Of a stretch of 64,000 bases of DNA, positions 54,845 to 64,000 are shown in pieces. A model generated the notes under the pieces. The model had not been told where the DNA came from. It searched no databases and saw only the letters and a program-made list of their open reading frames with translations. The stretch is taken from assembly GCA_046536795.1 (NCBI GenBank), contig JAWDMB010000002.1, positions 40,831 to 104,830 on the forward strand, written 5' to 3'. The position numbers were made by a program, and so were the translations under genes. Position 1 is the first letter of the stretch; the number at the start of each line of letters is the position of its first letter. Source of the stretch: Candidatus Micrarchaeota archaeon. GTDB lineage: Archaea > Micrarchaeota > Micrarchaeia > Micrarchaeales > CABMGC01.

Positions 54845-55189
54845 TCACTTTTTCTCTTCGCTTGCGGCTTCGGCTTTTGCCTGCTCCTGCTGCTCACCTG
54901 CTTTCTTCTTGTTTAATCGCTCCAGTCTAAACTTCGGCTCTATCTTCATCGCTTCCTCACTCTTGTAAGAATATACACTTACCTCGCTCTTTGTAATGCC
55001 ATAGAGCTGATTTATTTTTGCAACCACTGTAAGTTTTGGATCTAGATTTAACTTTTTAACTACCTCTTCTTTTATTCTCTCCCTCGAAGGTGTGCTTTCG
55101 CTATATACAGCATCGCACAGTATTTCACGCCTAGCAAGAAGCTTATTTTCAGTATCTTTCTTTACTATTATCTCTATCTTGTCCATCAA
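54845..55189 (-). CDS. rps24e: 30S ribosomal protein S24e (eS24)
   Basis: 114 aa with the N-terminal block [13 protein letters not shown] and a conserved S24e-S27ae gene pair. Confidence 0.88.
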   Translation of the reverse strand: MMDKIEIIVKKDTENKLLARREILCDAVYSESTPSRERIKEEVVKKLNLDPKLTVVAKINQLYGITKSEVSVYSYKSEEAMKIEPKFRLERLNKKKAGEQQEQAKAEAASEEKK

Positions 55190-55590
55190 ACACCACCCAA
55201 TACCCTTGAAATCGCCCTCTGGTCCATACTCTCTATCACTTCAACCTCAGCGCCAGGCTTTATGCTCTGCATTAGCTCTTGCGGTATTGGAAGCTCGTAC
55301 GTTTCATAGCTTTCAAGATCCATAAGCTGTGCTGTATTGCCAGTTATTGAAACAACCTGTGCACGTTTCTTTACAATTACAGGAGCTTCAACATCCGCAC
55401 TGCTAGGCTTAAGCAATGTTCTCTTCTGGCCGTCAAATATACCTATAGCTGTTATTCTTACCTTTGCCGATCCATGTTTGCCTGGAGCTGATGTTTCAAC
55501 CTCAACAACCTTACACGGCACGTTGTCTATAAGTATAAATCTACCCTCTTTTACATCTTTGACCGGTATATACATTATTTCGCTTGCCAT
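55186..55590 (-). CDS. eif5a: Translation initiation factor 5A (aIF5A)
   Basis: 134 aa with the hypusination loop SAPGKHGSAKVR and a C-terminal OB-like domain. Confidence 0.93.
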   Translation of the reverse strand: MASEIMYIPVKDVKEGRFILIDNVPCKVVEVETSAPGKHGSAKVRITAIGIFDGQKRTLLKPSSADVEAPVIVKKRAQVVSITGNTAQLMDLESYETYELPIPQELMQSIKPGAEVEVIESMDQRAISRVLGGV

Positions 55591-55699
55591 AAATTCACCA
55601 AAAAACGTACTAATCGTTTTTGTTTATAAAGTTATAAATACATTACTACTACAGATTCAGCAAAATAGAAAATTAAACTAACAAAATAAAAATAAGAAT

Positions 55700-56707
55700 T
55701 TAGTATATTTGCTCTATACCTTCCATTCTGAGAGGCGCTACCTCCTCCTTTGGCTTTGTTCCGAACTTAGCCTTTACGCCTGTTATTACAGACATTACCC
55801 TTATCTGGTCATTAAACTCAGGTAGCATTCTTGCTCCAAAGATTACGTTTGCATTTGGTGAAAGACCTTCGGTAACACCCTCTCCTATCCTTGTTGCCTC
55901 ACTTATTGTTAGGTTGCTTCCTCCAGCAATATGTATAAGTGCACCTTTTGCACCCTCTATATCAACATCAAGAAGAGGATGCTCTAATGTCGACTTTATC
56001 GCTCTTTCAACTCTGTCTGGGCCTGAGCCGTAGCCTATGTTTATAACGGCCATGCCTGTATTCATAACCACATTCCTTAGGTCTGCAAAGTCGAGGTTTA
56101 TAAGGCTAGGCAGTGTTATTGTATCTGCAATACCTTTCACAGCGTTGCCTGTAATATTGTCAACAAGTGCAAAAGCTTTTTCTATAGGCAGATTAGGCAC
56201 ATATGAAAGTAACCTGTCGTTTTCAATCACTATTGCTGTGTCAACCTCCTTTACTAATCTCTCGATTCCCCATTCTGCCTTTTGCTTCCTGCTTCTCTCA
56301 AGCGAGAATGGATATGTTACTGTAGCGATAACTGTAGCACCAAGCCCCTTCGCTATTTTTGCAACAACAGGAGCAGCTCCTGTTCCTGTGCCGCCACCCA
56401 TTCCTGCAGCTATAAACACTAGATCGTATCCTTCTAATGCTCTTTCTATTTCAACCCTGCTAGCATCAGCGCACTTTTCAGCTATCTCTGGAAAGCCTCC
56501 AGCACCAAGGCCATTTGTTATCTCTTTGCCTATAAGTATTTTCTTATGTGCATTTACTATATTGAGATGCGCAAGATCGGTGTTTATTGCAATTGTATCA
56601 GCACTTTTTATTCCGCTAGTATAAAGTCTGTTAACTAAGTTGCTTCCTTGGCCACCAATTCCTACAACAGCGATCCTCGGAGTAAACACATCATAGTCTT
56701 CGGCCAT
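55700..56707 (-). CDS. ftsZ: Cell division GTPase FtsZ, paralog
   Basis: 335 aa with the tubulin signature [14 protein letters not shown]-box GIGGQGSN and T7 loop NLDFADL. Confidence 0.95.
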   Translation of the reverse strand: MAEDYDVFTPRIAVVGIGGQGSNLVNRLYTSGIKSADTIAINTDLAHLNIVNAHKKILIGKEITNGLGAGGFPEIAEKCADASRVEIERALEGYDLVFIAAGMGGGTGTGAAPVVAKIAKGLGATVIATVTYPFSLERSRKQKAEWGIERLVKEVDTAIVIENDRLLSYVPNLPIEKAFALVDNITGNAVKGIADTITLPSLINLDFADLRNVVMNTGMAVINIGYGSGPDRVERAIKSTLEHPLLDVDIEGAKGALIHIAGGSNLTISEATRIGEGVTEGLSPNANVIFGARMLPEFNDQIRVMSVITGVKAKFGTKPKEEVAPLRMEGIEQIY

Positions 56708-56746
56708 TTTTCCACCTTATATCCAAAACATAAATAATAAAATAAA

Positions 56747-57796
56747 TTATATCATTTCAAGATCGCTGTAGCTCTCTTTCTTTTCCTCTGTAGCCTTTCC
56801 AAGTATACTAGCTCCTCTCACGCCTGTTACTATTGCTACAATTTCTATCTGGCCTTCATAGCCTGGTATTATTCTTGCGCCCCACTTTACGTTAGCCTTT
56901 GGATCCATGCGTTCTGTTATAAGCTCTCCGGCCTTTATAGCGTCGCCGAGCGTTAGGTCAGAAGCACCGGATATGTGTATTAGTGCACCTTTTGCATTCT
57001 CGAAGTCAACATCTAGCAGCTTGTTCTTTAATACTGCTTCAGCAGCAGCAGTTACTCTATCATTTCCCTTACCAGTTCCTACAGAAATGAAACCGACATC
57101 TCCGCTTCCCATTATCGCTCTGACATCAGCAAAATCGATATTTATTAGACTTGGCTGTGTAATGGTCCATACCAATCCACCGATGGCTTTTGCGAGTATA
57201 TCATCAGCCATTGCAAATGCCTCTGGCATTGGTAGGTTTGGAACAAGCTTCACAAGCCTGTTGTTATCAAGTATTATTACACTGTCTGCATACTTTCTCA
57301 ATTCCTGTATACCTTCTTCAGCCTTAAGCTTCCTTACCCTTTCAAGGTCGAAAGGATAGGTAACCATTGCAACAACAATAGCTCCCTGCTCCTTTGCTAT
57401 TTGTGCAACAACAGGTATAGCTCCTGTTCCTGTGCCGCCACCCATTCCTGCACACAAGAATACTAGCTGTGCACCAGCTACAACATCTTCTATTGCCTGT
57501 CTATCAACCTCGGCCGCCTTTGCACCGATTCGAGGATCGCCGCCGGCTCCAAGACCTCTTGTTATACTCCTTCCGATTAGTATCTTCTTTATCCTGTCGT
57601 CAATTATCTTGAAATGTTGTGCATCGGTGTTAATTGCAACAAGCTCTGTGCCCTTAACACCCACCTTAAGTAGTCTATTTACTGTGTTGTTTCCCGCCCC
57701 ACCCACACCGATTGTTACAATCTTTATCTGAGGGGTTGCTCCCAGATCCTGCTCACTGCCACTCTTACCCAAAAATTCGTTCGCAAAGTCTACCAT
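56747..57796 (-). CDS. ftsZ: Cell division GTPase FtsZ, paralog
   Basis: 349 aa from the ATG at 57796, with [26 protein letters not shown] and NIDFADV. The ORF-track N-terminal extension is unlikely to be real. Confidence 0.95.
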   Translation of the reverse strand: MVDFANEFLGKSGSEQDLGATPQIKIVTIGVGGAGNNTVNRLLKVGVKGTELVAINTDAQHFKIIDDRIKKILIGRSITRGLGAGGDPRIGAKAAEVDRQAIEDVVAGAQLVFLCAGMGGGTGTGAIPVVAQIAKEQGAIVVAMVTYPFDLERVRKLKAEEGIQELRKYADSVIILDNNRLVKLVPNLPMPEAFAMADDILAKAIGGLVWTITQPSLINIDFADVRAIMGSGDVGFISVGTGKGNDRVTAAAEAVLKNKLLDVDFENAKGALIHISGASDLTLGDAIKAGELITERMDPKANVKWGARIIPGYEGQIEIVAIVTGVRGASILGKATEEKKESYSDLEMI

Positions 57797-57965
57797 ACTG
57801 ATCGCCTGATAATAGATATTTAATATAAATTTAAAAATCTTTTGTGGAAAAAAAGAATAGTGGAAATACGTTTTCAACCGCATTTGAATTGTTTATTTAA
57901 GTAAAAAATTTTTTATTAGAAGCCATTTAAATTTATAGAGGTAAAAGTTTTTACTTCACTTTTAT

Positions 57966-59732
57966 TCATGGCTGCTCCTCAAGCTTTTCCTTTTTCTGCA
58001 TCTTGAACATCTCTATTATCTCTTTTGTTGTTGTTGCATCTTCCGGACTTTTATCGCTCCTTATTGTTCCAACAATTCTAGGGAACCTTAGCGCATAACC
58101 AGATTCTTCACCTTCCCTACCACAAGTGTGTGTTGGTGATCTCGTTATCTCATCAGCCTTAACTGTAACGACATATTTTGGTTCTACCCAGAAATCTGGC
58201 TCTATATCAGAGATTACTCTTGCGGGCTTTGATTTTACTCTTATCTTGTCAAGTATTTCCTTAAATTCCTTCATCTGCTCTTCGGTAAAGCCTGTACCTA
58301 TCTTTGTTATAGTTTCAAAAACATCTTTCTTATCATTATATACTCCACAAAGCAAACCACCAAACTTAAACTCAGCTCTTATGCCTTTTCCTAAATAATA
58401 ACCTAAAATTACGAGATCAACAGTATCAGATAGCTCTCCTCTATAGCTCCTTTTCATCTTTATCCAGCTAAACTTCCTAGCACCCGCTATATACTTTGAG
58501 TTTAGCTCCTTAGCTACTATACCCTCTAAACCTTTCTCTATAGCTTCTTCAAAGTATCTCTCAAGCTCCTTTGGTGAGGTAGCAATAATTCTATCAGCAA
58601 GGAGTATTGTGCCTTTATTCTTTACAACCTTTTCAAGCGCTGAGCGCCTCTCATGATAAGGCTTATCCAAATAACCTTCTCCATTAAGATACATGATATC
58701 GAATGCAAATAAATGAAGTGGCAATTCTTGGCTCATTTCCTCTACACCGTGCTTCCTCTTCCTTTGTATCGTTTCTTGGAATGGATGGAATTCGCCAGTA
58801 ACCTCATTATATGCTATCGCCTCACCTTCTATTATTGCACTCTCAGCATCAAGCTCCTCAAGCGCCGCCTTGGCTATTTCTGGAAACATGGGCGTTAGCC
58901 TCTCAAGCCTCCTAGAAAAGATCTCTACTCTTTTGCTCTTCTTGTCTACATGCACCTGCGCCCTCAAGCCATCGTACTTGCTTTCAACAGCACACTTGCC
59001 ATGCATCTTTTCAAGAATCTCTTCCGCAGTTGGTAGCCTTTCTGCAAGAGCAGGCCTTATTGGGCTGAAAAGCTGAACCTTGAAATTTTCTATTCCTTTT
59101 ATACCTTCTTTTGCAAGAACATCTGCAACCTTGCCAAGATCACTGCATATATTATAAGCATTCTCAAGTTGTTCCTTGAATGTTCTTTCGCCTGTAACAA
59201 GCTTTGAAAGAGCTTCTAGTATTGTCGCATCCCCTACGCCGAGCCTTAGCGTTCCTAGCGCAAAACGAACTATATACCTTGCTTCTAGCGGTGATGAGGC
59301 TGCAAGAAGCTCTGCGAGCATCTTTATCTTAGCTTCTTGACTGCCTTCTCCGCTTGTTGTTGCTATCTTATACATTGTATCAAAAACTTCACTAACCTCA
59401 AATTTCCTTGATGCAAGCTTCTTTAGCTTTGTTTTTGATATAAGATATTCTGCTGTTTCTCCAAGGTCGCCACGCTTCTTGAAATCCTGTTCAACCTCTT
59501 CTTTTGTAAAGCCGGTCGCTGTTGCAATAGCGGTTTCTACCAGCTTCTCAGCCATACCTGTTTCTACGCCTTCAAAAGGTGGGCTTAAAATACCTTGAGT
59601 CATATAAACTAGCTTTTTTAGCTCGTCTTTCTTTGCTTTTTTGAATAGCTCTGTAAGTATATCTATCATTTGAAGCCTTGAGGATACGGATTCAAGTTTT
59701 TCGTAATATTTAGCAACATCTTCGAATAGCAT
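57966..59732 (-). CDS. lig: ATP-dependent DNA ligase
   Basis: 588 aa from the ATG at 59732, with adenylation motif I ESKYDGLR, motif III FAFDIMY, motif IV EGIVAK and motif V LVILGYY. Confidence 0.95.
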   Translation of the reverse strand: MLFEDVAKYYEKLESVSSRLQMIDILTELFKKAKKDELKKLVYMTQGILSPPFEGVETGMAEKLVETAIATATGFTKEEVEQDFKKRGDLGETAEYLISKTKLKKLASRKFEVSEVFDTMYKIATTSGEGSQEAKIKMLAELLAASSPLEARYIVRFALGTLRLGVGDATILEALSKLVTGERTFKEQLENAYNICSDLGKVADVLAKEGIKGIENFKVQLFSPIRPALAERLPTAEEILEKMHGKCAVESKYDGLRAQVHVDKKSKRVEIFSRRLERLTPMFPEIAKAALEELDAESAIIEGEAIAYNEVTGEFHPFQETIQRKRKHGVEEMSQELPLHLFAFDIMYLNGEGYLDKPYHERRSALEKVVKNKGTILLADRIIATSPKELERYFEEAIEKGLEGIVAKELNSKYIAGARKFSWIKMKRSYRGELSDTVDLVILGYYLGKGIRAEFKFGGLLCGVYNDKKDVFETITKIGTGFTEEQMKEFKEILDKIRVKSKPARVISDIEPDFWVEPKYVVTVKADEITRSPTHTCGREGEESGYALRFPRIVGTIRSDKSPEDATTTKEIIEMFKMQKKEKLEEQP

Positions 59733-59861
59733 GCCACCACAATAATATAGCAAAGAAAGAATATTTATAGCCTTTTCCAAAAATGGGAAGGGCTTAAAAT
59801 CTTGCTAAAAATTTAGATTACTTTTTATATTTTAGCCAATCCAATTAGAAATGGTGGTTTT

Positions 59862-60035
59862 ATGAAAAGCTTTGCATGCAGGGACATAGGAATGGATTGT
59901 GACTTTGTAGCAAAGGCAAAAACCGAAGAGCAGCTTTTGAAGAAAATAGCCGAACATGCTAAGAAAGCTCACAATATGCAAACAATCGACGATGCAATGA
60001 TGGCAAAGATAAAGGCCGCAATAAAGGATGTATAA
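59862..60035 (+). CDS. DUF1059 small protein (57 aa), not in the ORF track
   Basis: Translated by hand: MKSFACRDIGMDCDFVAKAKTEEQLLKKIAEHAKKAHNMQTIDDAMMAKIKAAIKDV. It shows the C-x-D-x-G-x-D-C-x-F pattern typical of DUF1059, and GGTGG lies 7 nt upstream of the ATG. Confidence 0.65.
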   Translation: MKSFACRDIGMDCDFVAKAKTEEQLLKKIAEHAKKAHNMQTIDDAMMAKIKAAIKDV

Positions 60036-60115
60036 CCGCTTAAGACCTTTGTTTTCTTTGCCTTTTTTCTTTTTCTTTTTATTTACCGGATTTTATTTAC
60101 TGAGAAGTTATTATT

Positions 60116-60751
60116 ATGGAGCTTGAAGGGCTAGAGATAAAAGAAGAGGCGCTTGTTTACAGGCCTGCAGAGGATTCGCTCCTTGCGATAAAGGCAATAA
60201 ATGCATTAAATAACCTTAGTGAGCCAGATATTCTTGACATCGGCACAGGAAGTGGAATACTCGGCTTATATGCTGCTATGCACTTTCATGCAAAAAAGCT
60301 TGTTATGAGCGACATAAGTAAGAGGGCTTGCGCGCTTGCTGAAAGAAACTATATACTCAACAAGGATAAACTTAGCGGCACAAATGTTACAATATTAAAA
60401 AGTGATCTCTTTGAAAATATAAAAGGTAAATATGATCTCATAATATTCAACGCACCCTATCTAAGAGGAAGCATAGATGCTCATCTCCCAGTAATTGAAA
60501 GGGCTTGGAATGGTGGACCAACTGGCATAGAAATAGCCTTAAGATTTCTCAATGAAGCATCTTCTCACCTCAAGAAAAACGGTGCTATCATACTTTTGGC
60601 GAGCTCACTTAGCGATATTGATACGCTAAGGAAAAAGATAGATGAGCTTGGCTATAGAATAAAAAGTGAGTTAAAAGAGCACTACTTCTTTGAAGATATT
60701 ATTGCGATGACTATACTAAAGAATAAAAAGGTAAACATGCATGATGAATAG
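60116..60751 (+). CDS. HemK/PrmC-related N5-glutamine methyltransferase (Mtq2-like)
   Basis: 211 aa with the SAM motif DIGTGSGILGL and the catalytic tetrad NAPY (a variant of NPPY). Confidence 0.7.
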   Translation: MELEGLEIKEEALVYRPAEDSLLAIKAINALNNLSEPDILDIGTGSGILGLYAAMHFHAKKLVMSDISKRACALAERNYILNKDKLSGTNVTILKSDLFENIKGKYDLIIFNAPYLRGSIDAHLPVIERAWNGGPTGIEIALRFLNEASSHLKKNGAIILLASSLSDIDTLRKKIDELGYRIKSELKEHYFFEDIIAMTILKNKKVNMHDE

Positions 60752-60753
60752 GT

Positions 60754-61419
60754 ATGGAATCCGATTCGTTTGAGGAGAAAAGGAGGATGCTAATTAATTA
60801 TCTTATTTCTGAAGGTATACTTAAAACAGAAAAGGTAATAAATGCTTTTGAGATTGTGCCCAGGCATTTGTTTGTAACAGAAGAGCACTTAGATGAAGCA
60901 TATGATGATGTGCCTATTCCCATCATAGAAGGCACTACAGTATCACAACCATCAGTAGTAGCGGAGATGCTCGAGGAGCTTGAGCTCGAAGAAGGGAACA
61001 AAGTTTTAGAGGTTGGCACAGGAAGTGGCTGGTTAACAGGATTATTAAGCTATTGTGTAGGTGAAAACGGCCTTATTATATCTCTAGATGGCAATATGTT
61101 TGTTGTCGAATTTGCAAAAAGAAACCTAGATAAGATAAAGGCGAAAAACGTTGAAGTTATAATAGCAGATGGCACTTTAGGCTATGAAAGGAGGGCACCA
61201 TATGATAGGATTATATATAGTGCTGCTCTGCCCGAGTTTCCAAAAATTGTGCTGGGCCAATTAAAGGTAAATGGAATTGCTATCGCTCCAATAGGCTCAA
61301 AAGATGAGCAGCAACTTGTAAAGATAACAAGAGAAAGCGAGAAAAAGTATAAAACTGAGGAGCTTGGTGCTGTTGTTTTTGCACCTGCTTATGGCAAATT
61401 TGGTTTTCATGAAATTTAG
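60754..61419 (+). CDS. pcm: Protein-L-isoaspartate O-methyltransferase
   Basis: 221 aa with the blocks TVSQPSVVAEMLE, VLEVGTGSGW and APYDRIIYSAA. Confidence 0.88.
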   Translation: MESDSFEEKRRMLINYLISEGILKTEKVINAFEIVPRHLFVTEEHLDEAYDDVPIPIIEGTTVSQPSVVAEMLEELELEEGNKVLEVGTGSGWLTGLLSYCVGENGLIISLDGNMFVVEFAKRNLDKIKAKNVEVIIADGTLGYERRAPYDRIIYSAALPEFPKIVLGQLKVNGIAIAPIGSKDEQQLVKITRESEKKYKTEELGAVVFAPAYGKFGFHEI

Positions 61420-61453
61420 TTAAACTTATCTTTTTATTTGACTAGATAATATT

Positions 61454-62494
61454 GTGCACAGGCTAACATATTTACCATTGCATAATGGCAAAGCACCTAG
61501 ATGGCTATTTTCTAGAATGGTTAGGCTAGGCGAAAGGATAAGCTATGCGATAATAGATGAATATGGCGCTGATGAGCTACTTTCAAGGCTTACCGATACC
61601 AACTGGTTCCAGGCACTGGCATGTGCTCTTGGCTATGATTGGCACAGCAGTGGTACAACAACAGTGACTATGGCAGCGCTAAAGGAAGCACTAAAAGAAA
61701 GCAAAGATATAGCTATAGCTGGAGGCAAAGGGAAAGCAGGCACAAATACACCAAATGAGATACCAGAGCTTGCTGACAGGCTTTCGATAAATGGTGAGGA
61801 AAAATTTATAGAATATAGTAGGCTTTCAGCAAAGGTTGATGGAAGTATGACCTATGACAATATAGCAATTTATCATCACTCATTCATCTTCACAAAAAAC
61901 AAAAAGTGGGGTGTCGTGCAACAGGCTATGGAGAATAAAGGCAATATGGCTATAAGATTTCAATGGAATTCAGAACTTGTTAACGAAGAAGATTTTGCAA
62001 ATGAACCCCATTCAGGCATAGAGGCAAATAAAAATGTGGAGAGCCTTGACCTAACCTTTCACAAGAATGAGTGGGCAAGAAAAGGCCTTGTTGATGCACT
62101 GCATGAACTGGAAGAAAGCAATGTGATACGCTACCCAGAGAGACATGCATTAAAGCTTAAGCTAGATGTTGGTGAGCGTGGGATAGAGGCACTAAGAAGG
62201 GCAAGCGAGATAGATCCCAAAAATTATAAAGAACTTCTTCTCGTAAATGGACTTGGAAGAAAAGTAATAAAATCTCTTGCAATAACAGCAAGCCTTATCT
62301 ACAACAAAGAGCTAGCCACAAGGGATCCTGCAATGTATGCATACAACGTCGGCGGCAAAGACGGCATTCCATACAGGATAAGCAAGGCGCATTATGATTC
62401 TATAATAGAGAGCATGGATTTTATCTTAGACAAAGCAAACCTTCAATATGATGAAAAGAAGGAAGCACTAAAAAGGCTAAGTTCGCTTATATAA
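61454..62494 (+). CDS. DUF763 family protein
   Basis: 346 aa with N-terminus LPLHNGKAPRWLFSRMVRL...TNWFQALACALGYDWHSSGTTT, characteristic of DUF763. GTG start. Confidence 0.65.
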   Translation: MHRLTYLPLHNGKAPRWLFSRMVRLGERISYAIIDEYGADELLSRLTDTNWFQALACALGYDWHSSGTTTVTMAALKEALKESKDIAIAGGKGKAGTNTPNEIPELADRLSINGEEKFIEYSRLSAKVDGSMTYDNIAIYHHSFIFTKNKKWGVVQQAMENKGNMAIRFQWNSELVNEEDFANEPHSGIEANKNVESLDLTFHKNEWARKGLVDALHELEESNVIRYPERHALKLKLDVGERGIEALRRASEIDPKNYKELLLVNGLGRKVIKSLAITASLIYNKELATRDPAMYAYNVGGKDGIPYRISKAHYDSIIESMDFILDKANLQYDEKKEALKRLSSLI

Positions 62495-62527
62495 TTAAAA
62501 GTTTGCTTAAAAAATAATAATGATTGC

Positions 62528-63454
62528 ATGAAAAAGCCCAAGGTAAGTGTTGTAATACCGACGATAGAAGAGGAGGGGGTATTTGAAATTATAGATAAGC
62601 TTAGGAGCAGGTTAAAGGATGATGTAGAGATAATTATTGTAGATAAAAGTAGCGATGAATATGAGAAAAGGCTTCTTGCAAAGAAGGTAAAAGTGATAAG
62701 ACAAAAAGATAGGGGTGTTGAAAAGGCAGTTATGCTTGGCTTAAAATATGCAAAGGGTTCTATCTTGGCGAGTATCGATGGCGATGGAACACATGATATT
62801 AACGGAATATTCGAAGGAATTAAGCTCATTGAAGAAGGTAAAGCAGATCTTGTACTTGGCAACAGAATGAATAATATACAGGAAGGAGCAATGAGCCCAT
62901 ACATTCAATTTGGAAACAGATTAATATCCTGGATATTCAGAAAAATTTATAAAGCAGACGTTCACGATTTTCTTGTAGGACTCTTTGTAATGAGAAGAGA
63001 AGCGTATGAGGCGGTAAAGCATATAGAACCATACAGAGCGGGCCAAGCTGGAGTATTTGCAATAGAGCTTGCAAAAAGAGGTTATAAAATAGCTGAGGTT
63101 CCAATTAATTATTATCCGAGAAAGAGTGGTGAATCTAAGCTTACTAAATCAAAGTTTTTTTACGGTGTTAATGTGGTTGGCCAAATGATAAGATTTGTAA
63201 GAGACTACAGCCCACTTCTTATATTCGGAGGCATTGGGTTGGTATTCGTAATAGCAGGCGTGGCTCTTGGCTTATATGTATTATATAACTTCTTTACAAC
63301 AGGGGCATTTACCCTTATAGGGAGATCTCTTATAGCATTTATGCTCTTTATAACAGGCATTCTCTCAATAATAGCGGGCTTTATAATAGACCTCCTTATA
63401 GGCATAGAAAAGCAATTAGAAAGAATAGAAAAAGGAAAAGAGAATAAAAAGTAA
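62528..63454 (+). CDS. Family 2 glycosyltransferase (dolichyl-phosphate sugar synthase-like) with a C-terminal 2-TM anchor
   Basis: 308 aa with the blocks VSVVIPTIEEE and DGDGTHD, and two C-terminal hydrophobic helices. Confidence 0.8.
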   Translation: MKKPKVSVVIPTIEEEGVFEIIDKLRSRLKDDVEIIIVDKSSDEYEKRLLAKKVKVIRQKDRGVEKAVMLGLKYAKGSILASIDGDGTHDINGIFEGIKLIEEGKADLVLGNRMNNIQEGAMSPYIQFGNRLISWIFRKIYKADVHDFLVGLFVMRREAYEAVKHIEPYRAGQAGVFAIELAKRGYKIAEVPINYYPRKSGESKLTKSKFFYGVNVVGQMIRFVRDYSPLLIFGGIGLVFVIAGVALGLYVLYNFFTTGAFTLIGRSLIAFMLFITGILSIIAGFIIDLLIGIEKQLERIEKGKENKK

Positions 63455-63461
63455 AAAGAGA

Positions 63462-64000
63462 TTAAAGCTTGCCTATGTCTTTTGTTGTATCTACTACTAG
63501 CATAGGCTTTCCAGGCTCCCAGTTTGCTGGTATTGCACTCATCTTGCCCTCCTGCTTTGGAGCATCGTGTATGCTCTTTAGACCAAGGAATGCATTGTAT
63601 ATGTGCTTAACGTCTTTGCCTAATGCATCATTAAATACGGCATAGTACTGCAGATTCCCTTCTGGATCTATTATCACTACGCCCCTCCTTGCTGAAGCAC
63701 CATTGCTGCTTAGAAATCCATATGCTGAAGTTATTGCTTTGCTTGCATCCTCTACAAGAGGTATGTTTGTTTTGCTAACCCTAGGCGAGGTTTGGTGCCA
63801 AACTCTGTGGGCAAATATACTATCGGTGCTTACAGCAAGAACAACCGCGCCGTTCTTTTCAAACTGTTCCTGCATCGCACCAAATGCCTCTATATCTGTC
63901 GCACAAACGAAGGTAAAGTCTCCCGGATGGAAGGTTATTATATTCCACTTGCCTGCTACTGGTATTCGGAGACTCTCTATCTTATCCTCCTTCGGAAAAT
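63462..64000 (-). CDS. Peroxiredoxin (AhpC/TSA family), 5' end runs off the window
   Basis: I extended the frame by hand upstream of the ORF-track Met. It reads ...GKWNIITFHPGDFTFVCATDIEAFGAMQEQF, containing the peroxidatic Cys motif, and stays open to base 64000. Confidence 0.85.
   Translation of the reverse strand, partial: FPKEDKIESLRIPVAGKWNIITFHPGDFTFVCATDIEAFGAMQEQFEKNGAVVLAVSTDSIFAHRVWHQTSPRVSKTNIPLVEDASKAITSAYGFLSSNGASARRGVVIIDPEGNLQYYAVFNDALGKDVKHIYNAFLGLKSIHDAPKQEGKMSAIPANWEPGKPMLVVDTTKDIGKL

Noticed and set aside
54675-54897. Long N-terminal extensions of the CPBP protease ORF (to 54848) and the S27ae ORF (to 54897)
   Set aside because: The extensions overlap neighbouring well-supported ribosomal protein genes in other frames and consist of basic low-complexity sequence. 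The internal ATGs at 54674 and 54840 give products of canonical length.
56037-57731. Plus-strand ORFs (56037-56624, 56907-57359, 57432-57731) opposite the two ftsZ genes
   Set aside because: They are antisense shadows. The minus-strand products carry complete FtsZ signatures.
62443-62904. 153-aa minus-strand ORF opposite the glycosyltransferase and DUF763 genes
   Set aside because: It is a Ser/Leu/Phe-rich shadow ORF, and the plus-strand GT2 motifs (DGDGTHD and others) are clear.
1-64000. CRISPR arrays, rRNA genes, IS elements or transposases, and classic defence systems
   Set aside because: Reading both strands, I found no regularly spaced repeats, no rRNA-like GC-rich non-coding stretch, and no transposase, integrase, Cas or restriction-modification-like ORFs. 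Every non-coding gap is 161 nt or shorter.
1-64000. Box C/D sRNAs, sought because a Nop5-family gene is present
   Set aside because: All TGATGA-like C-box candidates I spotted lie inside well-supported coding regions without a properly spaced CTGA D box. None lies in an intergenic spacer. A covariance-model scan would be needed to be sure.

Overview
This is a densely packed, AT-rich archaeal chromosome segment with about 80 genes, frequent 4-20 nt gene overlaps, common TTG/GTG starts and GGTG-type Shine-Dalgarno motifs. Gene content, and the many secreted proteins rich in N-x-S/T sequons, suggest a small-genome archaeon. It could be DPANN/Micrarchaeota-like or a Thermoplasmata-like acidophile; I cannot settle the lineage from sequence alone. 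Most of the window is core housekeeping. It holds a complete A-type ATP synthase operon in atpHIKECFABD order, four aminoacyl-tRNA-related enzymes (ProRS, GluRS, GlyRS, AlaX) and three tRNAs (Val-UAC, Gln-UUG, Pro-CGG). It also holds Rpo7/Spt4, ribosomal proteins L10e/S24e/S27ae, aIF5A, Dph2 and Dph6, SecDF, two FtsZ paralogs plus SepF, ATP-dependent DNA ligase, Hel308, NreA, an OGG-type glycosylase, a RecJ-like DHH protein and a Tes-like radical SAM lipid synthase. The standout is a nine-gene minus-strand operon at 25030-31819. It encodes a signal-peptide plus two-helix-hairpin protein (VirB2/TrbC-like), a polytopic membrane protein (VirB6/CedA-like), several small membrane proteins (one 59-aa ORF is absent from the ORF track) and two different HerA/VirB4-clade P-loop ATPases. 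I read this as a minimal archaeal type IV secretion-like (Ced/Ted-type) DNA-transfer or conjugative-pilus-like apparatus, with no integrase or relaxase nearby. About 2 kb away sit two tandem type IV pilin-like genes that share a 197-nt block of perfect nucleotide identity. I found no CRISPR array, rRNA, transposase or integrase in the window.
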